Positions 56,776-64,000 of a stretch of 64,000 bases of DNA are shown piece after piece. The DNA comes from an uncultured Bacillota bacterium. Its GTDB lineage: Bacteria > Bacillota > Clostridia > Christensenellales > UBA1242. The translations under genes and the position numbers were made by a program. Location: positions 27,469 to 91,468 of the forward strand of contig CALHLT010000025.1 in NCBI GenBank assembly GCA_938034555.1, written 5' to 3'. The notes beneath the pieces were generated by a model. It had not been told where the DNA came from, ran no database searches, and was given only the letters and a program-made list of their open reading frames with translations. Position 1 is the first letter of the stretch, and every line of letters begins with the position of its first letter.

Positions 56776-57930
56776 ATGCAAAAGAAATATGCAGCAATAA
56801 TGGACATTGGATCTTCGAAAATTTCCGTTTTAATTGGTCAACAAGGGGTTAACAACTCTTTTGTTATTAAAGGGAAAGGCGAAGCCGATTATGCTGGATT
56901 TTCGGACGGAGAATTTCTTGAAACAGAGGAGCTGAAATATGCTTGCGGGTTTGCTCTTTCAAAAGCGCAAGAACAAGCAAGAATGAAAGTTGAAGCTCTT
57001 TATGTTGGAGTTCCTGCCGAATTTTCTTTTTGCGACTGCACAGAAGTTGAAACCTGCTTTAAAAGAAAGGTTAAAGTTACGAATGAAGATGTTTCCTATC
57101 TATATTCAAAAGCACTTAACAAAGAAGTTATGAAATCGAAAACGCTTGTTTCTTGTTCCCCTCTTTGGTTTAAACTTGACGACGGACGAAGAACATTCGA
57201 TTGTGGACAGCAAAAGACAACATTGCTTAGAGCAAAGGTTAGTTTGGTTTATGTTGAAAACTCGTTTATTTCGCTTTTCAACGAAACTTTGGGGCAACTT
57301 GGAATTGAATCGGTTGAATACATTTCCGCGCCTCTTGCCCAAGCAAACTATCTTTTAACTCCATATGAACGCCAACGCGGCGCAATTATTGTTGACATTG
57401 GCTACATAACAACAAGCGTTTGCGGTGTTCTTGGAAATGGTCTTGCGGGGCTTAGCGCGTTCTCGCTTGGCGGGGCACACATAAGCGGAGATTTCTGCGA
57501 AGGGTTTGAAATTTCATTTGCAGAAGCCGAACAACTTAAAAAAGAAATTGTGCTTAGTGTTAATTCAAAAAAGGCAGGGAATTATGAGATTAATGTTGAA
57601 AATCAAGTTTTGTTTGTTCCAATTGCTTCTGCTAATGAAATAGTTCGCGAAAGAATTGAAATGATTGCGTCTTTCATTAAAAGAAGTTTCCAGAAGTTTT
57701 CGGAGCAAAATTTGGAAAATGCCCAAGTTTACTTGACAGGAGGCGGTCTTTCGTATATAACTGGTGGTAGAGAATACCTTGAAAAATGCCTTGGTCGCGA
57801 TATACAAATTCTTGTTCCCGATGTTCCTGCATATTCAAAACCTAACTTTTCAAGTTCGCTTTCGGTTTTGAGCGAAGCTCTTAAAAAACAAGTTAAAACC
57901 ACGAATTGGTTTGTTAAATTATTTAGTTAA
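56776..57930 (+). CDS. ftsA: Cell division protein FtsA (actin-like ATPase)
   Basis: [13 protein letters not shown] phosphate-1 motif, VDIGYITTS, and [11 protein letters not shown] adenosine motif. Immediately upstream of ftsZ. Confidence 0.78.
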   Translation: MQKKYAAIMDIGSSKISVLIGQQGVNNSFVIKGKGEADYAGFSDGEFLETEELKYACGFALSKAQEQARMKVEALYVGVPAEFSFCDCTEVETCFKRKVKVTNEDVSYLYSKALNKEVMKSKTLVSCSPLWFKLDDGRRTFDCGQQKTTLLRAKVSLVYVENSFISLFNETLGQLGIESVEYISAPLAQANYLLTPYERQRGAIIVDIGYITTSVCGVLGNGLAGLSAFSLGGAHISGDFCEGFEISFAEAEQLKKEIVLSVNSKKAGNYEINVENQVLFVPIASANEIVRERIEMIASFIKRSFQKFSEQNLENAQVYLTGGGLSYITGGREYLEKCLGRDIQILVPDVPAYSKPNFSSSLSVLSEALKKQVKTTNWFVKLFS

Positions 57931-57940
57931 GGAGAAATTT

Positions 57941-59152
57941 ATGTATTCAGAAAACAGCATTGGCCCAGTTGCAAACATTAAAGTTGTTGGAATTGGTGGA
58001 GGCGGAAACAACGCCGTTAACCGCATGATTAATGCTAACATAACAAGCGCACAATTTGTTGCAATTAACACAGATAAACAAGCGCTTTTAATGAGCAAGG
58101 CAGATTTGCGCCTTCAAATTGGCGAAAAATTAACAAGAGGACTTGGCGCGGGGGCAGACCCTGAAGTTGGCCAAAAAGCAGCAGAAGAAAGTAAAGCAAG
58201 CATAACAGAAATGCTTAAAGATTCCGACCTTGTTTTCATCACTGCTGGAATGGGCGGAGGAACAGGAACTGGGGCGGCTCCTGTTGTTGCTCAAATTGCA
58301 AAAGACATGGGAATTTTAACCATTGCTGTTGTAACAAAACCTTTCAATTTTGAAGGCAGAAAGAGAATGGAAAACGCCGAAAGAGGATTGGAAGGACTTA
58401 GAAAATATGTTGACACTTTGGTTGTTATTCCAAACGATAAACTCTTAAAACTTGTTCCAAAAGGAACTCCAATTGTTGAAGCATTCCGCTATGCCGACGA
58501 TGTTTTGCGTCAAGGTATTCAAGGAATTTCCGATTTAATTGTAACTCCAAGTTTAATTAACCTCGACTTTGCCGATGTTCGTTCAATTATGAAAAACAAA
58601 GGTCTTGCCCATATGGGAATTGGCCGCGGAAAAGGCGAAAATAAAACAATTGAGGCTGTTCGTCAAGCTGTTTCAAGCCCACTTCTTGAAACAACAATTG
58701 AAGGAGCAACAGGTGTTTTAATTAACGTTAAAGGCGGAAACGACTTGCCTCTTGACGAAGTTTATGAAGCAGTTGACCTTGTTAAAGAAGTTGTTGACGA
58801 AACAGGAAACATCATCTTTGGTGCTGCAATTGACGAAGCAATGAACGATGAAGTTGAAATAACAATTATTGCAACTGGATTTAAAGGAACTCCAGACGAA
58901 GAGCCAGAAGTTGAAAAAGCACGCGAAGATGTTCAAGCATATGGAAGTTTCGACAAGGAAAAATACGACCAATATGTTCAAAAGAACGAAACAAACGCTC
59001 TTGGACTTGGCGTTAGAAGAGTTGTTGAAGAAAAACGCCCAGAACCTGTTGTTGAAGAAGATGAAGAGCCGGTTCAAACTCAAACTTCAAGAATTTCAAT
59101 TCGCGAAGCAGACATTCCTCCATTCCTTAGAAAAATTAAGAAAGATAGATAA
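57941..59152 (+). CDS. ftsZ: Cell division GTPase FtsZ
   Basis: ATG after [44 protein letters not shown] and NLDFADV blocks. Confidence 0.95.
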   Translation: MYSENSIGPVANIKVVGIGGGGNNAVNRMINANITSAQFVAINTDKQALLMSKADLRLQIGEKLTRGLGAGADPEVGQKAAEESKASITEMLKDSDLVFITAGMGGGTGTGAAPVVAQIAKDMGILTIAVVTKPFNFEGRKRMENAERGLEGLRKYVDTLVVIPNDKLLKLVPKGTPIVEAFRYADDVLRQGIQGISDLIVTPSLINLDFADVRSIMKNKGLAHMGIGRGKGENKTIEAVRQAVSSPLLETTIEGATGVLINVKGGNDLPLDEVYEAVDLVKEVVDETGNIIFGAAIDEAMNDEVEITIIATGFKGTPDEEPEVEKAREDVQAYGSFDKEKYDQYVQKNETNALGLGVRRVVEEKRPEPVVEEDEEPVQTQTSRISIREADIPPFLRKIKKDR

Positions 59153-59248
59153 TTTAAACAGGGCGGTTGCCCTGTTTTTTATTGCAAAGCGCATTATGTT
59201 TAAGAGTTATTATTTTGCTCTAAAAATTTTTTGTGGTAAAATAAAAAT

Positions 59249-60772
59249 ATGGTAACACTTTTAATTTTAGATGGATATGGTGAGAGAAGCGAAAAGCAAG
59301 GCAATGCAATTCTTGGAAACTCGCCAAAAATTAAGAAACTTAGAAATGAGTTTCCTTCGTGTTTGCTTGAAGCAAGCGGAACTGCGGTTGGGCTTAGCGA
59401 AGGGCAAATGGGGAACAGCGAAACAGGACACTTGAACCTTGGAAGCGGAAGGGTTCTTTATCAAGACTTGGAAAGAATTAACAACTCAATTAAAGACGGC
59501 AGCTTTCAAAAAAACGAAGTTCTTAAAGAGGCTGCGCTTCATGCAAAAAAGAATAAAAGCAATGTTCATATTATGGGACTTCTTTCAAACGGAGGAGTTC
59601 ACAGCAAAATTGAGCACGCGAAACAAATTATTCTTTGCCTTAAAAAGCAAGGCATTAAAAACATTTTTTTCCATGCTTTTTTGGACGGGCGCGACACTCC
59701 AATCGACAGTGGAATTAGCTATCTTGGCGAAATTTTGAACTTTTTTAAAGAACAAGAAATTGGTCAAGTTATAACGGTTTCGGGGCGCGTTTATGCAATG
59801 GACCGCGAACAACGTTTTGAACGTGTTCAACGCGTTTATAATATGTTAACAGGAATTAGCGCGGAAGGTTACAGCGAGGTTTTAAATCTTAAAAAAGCAG
59901 TTGAAATTAACTATCACAAAGGCGTTTACGACGAATTTATGCCTCCAATTAAACTTATTGGAAGCCCAGACATTGAAAGCGGCGACGTTATAATTTCATA
60001 TAATTTTAGAACAGACAGAATGCGCGAACTTATTTCGGCGCTTTCTCAAAAGAATTTCAAGGCGTTTGAACGAAAAAAACTTGAAAATCTTTTTGTTGCA
60101 ACAATGGCGGAATATGACAAAACTTTTAAGAACGTTAATGTTATTTTTAAGCCAGAAAAAGTTAAAAATTGCCTTTCCGAAGTTCTTGCAAAGAACAATT
60201 TAAAACAACTTCGAATTGCGGAAACAACAAAATATGCCCACGTAACATTTTTCTTTAACGGGGGGATTGAAAAACCTTTCCCAGGGGAAGATCGAACGCT
60301 TGTTGAAAGCATAAATGTTCAAAATTTTTCGTCCGTTCCAAAAATGAGAGCAAAAGAAATAACTCAAAAAGCAGTTTCGGCAATTAAAAGTAAGAGATAT
60401 GACTTTGTTTTAATCAACCTTTCAAACCCAGATATGATTGGGCACACTGGCGATTTTATTGCAACGAAAAAGGCAATTAAATATGTGGACAAATGTGCAG
60501 ATTTAATTGTTAGGGCAACTCTTAAAGCGGGGGGAGATGCAATTGTTACGGCGGACCACGGTAACGCAGAGCTTATGTTTGAAAATGGAAAAGTTGTTAC
60601 AACCCACACAACAAATCCTGTTGTTTTCATTCTTGCAAGCAAACGCTTTAAAAAATGTGAACTTGTGCAAAATGGGAAACTTGCGAATGTTTCACCAACT
60701 GTTTTGGACCTTCTTGGGGTTAAAAAGCCAAAAGAAATGACAGAAAACTCGCTTTTGGTTTATAAAAATTGA
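59249..60772 (+). CDS. gpmI: 2,3-bisphosphoglycerate-independent phosphoglycerate mutase
   Basis: LLILDGYG, GNSETGHLNLGSGR, FLDGRDTP and ADHGNAE blocks. Confidence 0.95.
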   Translation: MVTLLILDGYGERSEKQGNAILGNSPKIKKLRNEFPSCLLEASGTAVGLSEGQMGNSETGHLNLGSGRVLYQDLERINNSIKDGSFQKNEVLKEAALHAKKNKSNVHIMGLLSNGGVHSKIEHAKQIILCLKKQGIKNIFFHAFLDGRDTPIDSGISYLGEILNFFKEQEIGQVITVSGRVYAMDREQRFERVQRVYNMLTGISAEGYSEVLNLKKAVEINYHKGVYDEFMPPIKLIGSPDIESGDVIISYNFRTDRMRELISALSQKNFKAFERKKLENLFVATMAEYDKTFKNVNVIFKPEKVKNCLSEVLAKNNLKQLRIAETTKYAHVTFFFNGGIEKPFPGEDRTLVESINVQNFSSVPKMRAKEITQKAVSAIKSKRYDFVLINLSNPDMIGHTGDFIATKKAIKYVDKCADLIVRATLKAGGDAIVTADHGNAELMFENGKVVTTHTTNPVVFILASKRFKKCELVQNGKLANVSPTVLDLLGVKKPKEMTENSLLVYKN

Positions 60773-60852
60773 ATTTTGCTTTGTTATTAATTTATAATTG
60801 TATATAATAATATTTAGATAAGTTGTCGAATTTAGGGGCAACTGGAGGTTTT

Positions 60853-63534
60853 ATGAGAATAATTCCTAGAAAAATTAAGGTTAAAACAGAGTTTATTAAG
60901 GGCGTCACATTAACTGATGTTATTTTTGCGTTCATTGGTGTTGGCGTTGCTGTTGCTCTTTTCACAGCAAATTTCCCATATCATGTTTGGGTTGGTGTTG
61001 GCTGGCTTATTGTTGCGTTCAGCCTTTTCCTTCCTGTTGCCGACGGAATTCGTTTCTACTACACTTTGGGCTATCTGTTCCGCTTTTTTGCGCAAAAGAA
61101 AAAATATTCAAAAGAAGCAAAGAAAGAAACATCAAACATTTCGTCAATCATTCCTTTTGTTGGATTTGATAAGGACAGATTTATTAATTATGGGGACTAT
61201 GCCGCTCAAGTTATTGAAATAACACCTGTTGAATTTGGGCTTTTGAATGAATTTAAACAAAACATGCTTATTGAAACATTTGCGAACGCTCTTCGTCGTT
61301 TAACAGAAAATCAAACAGCAAACATTGTTAAACTTAGCAAAGCAATGATTTTGGATAACTATGTTTATGTTGAAGACAGAAAGTATGATTCGCTTATGGA
61401 CCTTCAAGTTGAAGGCGAAATGACCGCAAAAGAAGTTGAGGCAAGAGCGGGAATTTTTGAGGACAGGGTTTCAAGAGTTGAAGCCATGAACCGCCAGGAA
61501 AAAGTTTATAAAGATTACTACTATTTTGTTGTTTATGGAAAAGATAGGGAAATTTTGGAAACAACCGTAAACGGAATTATGACAACCCTTTCAAACTCGG
61601 CAACTCCAATGACAACTCGTCGTCTTGCAGGGCGCGACCTTGTTGTTTTCGTTAAAGCAACCTTTGGAAAAGAGTTCGACGAAAGAGAACTTGACGCAAT
61701 TCCAATGAATAAATACTATGATTGGGCTGTTCCAAAAGAACTTAAATTTAAAGCGGCAGGATATAATGTTGACGGAAGAGGCTATCGCCAATTTGTTATC
61801 AGCGACTATCCACTTAATGTTCCAAACGCTTGGGGATTTAACTTCTTCTCGCAAGACAGAACGAAAGTTATTGTTAAAATTAGACCCGTTCAAAAATTGA
61901 AAGCCGAAAGAAACATCGATAAGGCAATCATGGAAATGGAAAGCAAGGCTGCATATTCTGCAAAGAGCAGTCGTGTTATTGAAAATGAAACACACCGCGA
62001 AACCTTGAAGCAACTTCTTGTTAGTCTTAAAAATAACAACGAACAACTTTTTGATGTTAACACCTATGTGATTTGCGAAGAGGCGGCAAGAAAGGAAGTT
62101 AAAGCAATTTTGAAACAAGAAGGCTTTAAAATTTCAGAACTTTTCGGACGCCAAGTTGACGGGTTTATCAGTTCCAACATCTCAATGAGAGATAACATTA
62201 AAGAAACAATGCGTGGAATCCCAACAACAACTCTTGCAGCAATTTTCCCATTTATTTCGGGCGCGCTTCAAGATAAGGACGGATTCTATATCGGCTATAA
62301 CGAATATCCAATTTTCGTTGATTTCTTCGTTAGAAACCGCGACAGAGTTAACAGCAACATGATGATTGTTGGTAAATCTGGTTCTGGTAAATCCTTCGCA
62401 ACGAAAACTCTTTTAACTAACATGGCAGCGGATAACACCAAAATCTTCATTCTCGACCCAGAAGACGAATATACGGTTCTTGCGGGCAGGTTGCAAGGAA
62501 AGGTTATCGATGTTGGGTCGTCGGCAATGGGAATTATCAATCCGTTCCACATCATGACAACCCTTAAAGACGATATTAAAGATGTTAACGAGGTTTATGA
62601 CGAGGAGGAAGAAGAGGAACAAGACGACGGAAAGCTTAAACTTAAATCGGAAACCGACACATTCTCAACCCATCTTCAATTCCTTGAACAATTCTTTAAA
62701 GTTATTCTTAACGGAATCGACAGCGACTCGTTCGAGGCTTTGAACTCGCTTGTTGTTGAAATGTATAACGAAAAGGGAATTAACTCAAAAACCGATCTTG
62801 AAAAACTTAAGCCAGAAGATTATCCTATTTTCGACGATTTGTATGCAATTATTAACGACAGAATTGAAAAAGAAACCGACGAATATCATAAACGCAACCT
62901 TTTAACAATTCAAACATACATTAAGAAATTTGCAACCGGCGGAAGAAACAGTAACCTTTGGAACGGGCCAACTTCAATTTCAACAAAAGAAAACTTTGTT
63001 TCGTTCAACTTCCGTTCGCTTCTTGCAAACCGAAACGAAGTTATTGCTAACGCGCAAATGCTTTTGATTTTCAAATATTTGGATAACGAAATTATTAAAA
63101 ACAGAGATTTCAACATTCGTTTCAAAACAAACAGAAAAATTATTGTTGCCGTTGATGAAGCCCACGTTTTCATTAACCCAGAATATCCAATCGCTTTGGA
63201 TTTCATGGCGCAAATGGCAAAGCGTATCCGTAAATATTCCGGAATGCAAATTGTTATTACGCAAAATATTAAGGACTTCGTTGGAACACCAGAAATTCAA
63301 CGTCAGTCAACCGCGGTTATTAACGCCAGCCAATATTCAATGATTTTCTCGCTTTCTCCAAACGACTTGAACGACCTTGTTGAATTGTATCGTAAATCGG
63401 GCGAAATTAACACCGAGGAGCAAAACAGCATTGTTACCGCCGGAGTTGGTCAGTGCTTCTTCATAACAGGCGCAATGAGCAGAACAATGATGCAAATTGA
63501 AGCGCCAGACACAATTAGAAAAATCTTCGAATAG
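60853..63534 (+). CDS. VirB4/TrsE-family type IV secretion ATPase with fused N-terminal two-TM (VirB3/PrgI-like) segment
   Basis: ATG after GGAGG. Two TM helices in aa about 20-70. Walker A IVGKSGSGKSF, Walker B IIVAVDEAHVF, and VirB4-like N-terminal blocks (YAAQVIEITPVEFGLL). Confidence 0.75.
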   Translation: MRIIPRKIKVKTEFIKGVTLTDVIFAFIGVGVAVALFTANFPYHVWVGVGWLIVAFSLFLPVADGIRFYYTLGYLFRFFAQKKKYSKEAKKETSNISSIIPFVGFDKDRFINYGDYAAQVIEITPVEFGLLNEFKQNMLIETFANALRRLTENQTANIVKLSKAMILDNYVYVEDRKYDSLMDLQVEGEMTAKEVEARAGIFEDRVSRVEAMNRQEKVYKDYYYFVVYGKDREILETTVNGIMTTLSNSATPMTTRRLAGRDLVVFVKATFGKEFDERELDAIPMNKYYDWAVPKELKFKAAGYNVDGRGYRQFVISDYPLNVPNAWGFNFFSQDRTKVIVKIRPVQKLKAERNIDKAIMEMESKAAYSAKSSRVIENETHRETLKQLLVSLKNNNEQLFDVNTYVICEEAARKEVKAILKQEGFKISELFGRQVDGFISSNISMRDNIKETMRGIPTTTLAAIFPFISGALQDKDGFYIGYNEYPIFVDFFVRNRDRVNSNMMIVGKSGSGKSFATKTLLTNMAADNTKIFILDPEDEYTVLAGRLQGKVIDVGSSAMGIINPFHIMTTLKDDIKDVNEVYDEEEEEEQDDGKLKLKSETDTFSTHLQFLEQFFKVILNGIDSDSFEALNSLVVEMYNEKGINSKTDLEKLKPEDYPIFDDLYAIINDRIEKETDEYHKRNLLTIQTYIKKFATGGRNSNLWNGPTSISTKENFVSFNFRSLLANRNEVIANAQMLLIFKYLDNEIIKNRDFNIRFKTNRKIIVAVDEAHVFINPEYPIALDFMAQMAKRIRKYSGMQIVITQNIKDFVGTPEIQRQSTAVINASQYSMIFSLSPNDLNDLVELYRKSGEINTEEQNSIVTAGVGQCFFITGAMSRTMMQIEAPDTIRKIFE

Positions 63535-63545
63535 AGAATTAAAAA

Positions 63546-63571
63546 AGAACCTTTGCTTAGGTTCTTTTTTA
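63546..63571 (+). terminator. Terminator after the VirB4-like gene
   Basis: agaacct/aggttct stem followed by TTTTTT. Confidence 0.65.
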
Positions 63572-63740
63572 TTAGTTTAAAAGTATGAAATATAACTTTG
63601 AAAGTTTATTTAAAAGTGAGAAGATGAAATTGAAAATTTCTTTATAATTGTGAAGATGGGATTGAAAGTTTCGTCGAAAGAATATATGAGGAAAAGAAAA
63701 AACTCCACGAAAAATTCGTGGAGTTTTAAGTTTTTTAAGG

Positions 63741-64000
63741 TTATGCTTTAATTGAAAGAATTTTATATTCAATTTCGCCGCCTGGAGTTGTTACAGTAAC
63801 AACATCGCCTTTTTTCTTTCCAAGAAGTGCTTTTCCAACTGGGCTTTCGTTTGAAATCAATCCTTTAAGAGGGTCACTTTCTGTTGAGCCAATAATTTGA
63901 TATTCAACTTCTTCGTCGAATGTTTCGTCATATAACTTAACAGTGCAACCAACGGAAACGCTGCTTGTTGAAATATCTTTCTTATTAATGATTTCGCAGT
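63741..64000 (-). CDS. greA: Transcription elongation factor GreA, C-terminal part (5' end outside window)
   Basis: The minus-strand frame reads ...VSVGCTVKLYDETFDEEVEYQIIGSTESDPLKGLISNESPVGKALLGKKKGDVVTVTTPGGEIEYKILSIKA, with the stop at 63741-63743. Absent from the ORF track because no start codon lies inside the window. Confidence 0.85.
   Translation of the reverse strand, partial: CEIINKKDISTSSVSVGCTVKLYDETFDEEVEYQIIGSTESDPLKGLISNESPVGKALLGKKKGDVVTVTTPGGEIEYKILSIKA

Overview
All calls were made by eye from the sequence and the supplied ORF translations. No database or HMM search was run.

The window looks like a low-GC Bacillota-type chromosome using the standard code (long ORFs are intact with TGA read as stop).

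**Core blocks**
- 0-20.6 kb: murA (partial), an ndk-like gene, an ABC-F ATPase, an S1-domain protein, tRNA-Thr(CGU), cmk, a polysaccharide deacetylase and radC. These are followed by ruvC, ruvA, ruvB, queA, tgt and yajC, then a collagen-like protein, a PHP protein, a GrpB protein and a lipoprotein.
- 43.8-64 kb: GNAT, ASCH, TetR and HAD genes, a two-gene ABC exporter, and a SipW-type peptidase with a TasA-like substrate. Then come ftsQ-like, ftsA, ftsZ and gpmI genes, a lone VirB3/VirB4-like ATPase and greA (partial).

**Accessory island (about 20.8-43.1 kb)**
- It is visibly more AT-rich and sits at a tRNA-Thr(GGU) gene.
- It reads as two related integrative elements in tandem. E1 spans about 20.9-29.5 kb and retains only an integrase remnant. 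E2 spans about 29.5-43.0 kb and has intact xis and int.
- Nested tRNA-derived direct repeats bound the two elements.
- The cargo is almost entirely conflict or defence-type:
  - a Fic protein followed by a HEPN-like protein;
  - a KAP/YobI-type transmembrane NTPase;
  - a 1038-aa metallophosphoesterase fused to a P-loop NTPase and a long helical tail. This is my best candidate for an undescribed system;
  - a restriction-modification-like operon: a T5orf172/DUF4357 protein, a fused m6A::m5C methyltransferase, a degenerate LAGLIDADG-like protein and a small PD-(D/E)xK nuclease;
  - a 609-aa HEPN protein between int and the att site.
- The island also carries several decayed genes.

**Secondary oddities**
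- An uncharacterised metallophosphoesterase / 435-aa / zinc-ribbon operon next to radC.
- Apparently leaderless ruvC and ruvA.
- A 33-codon hydrophobic ORF coupled to yajC.
- An ABC-F protein with a degenerate second Walker A.
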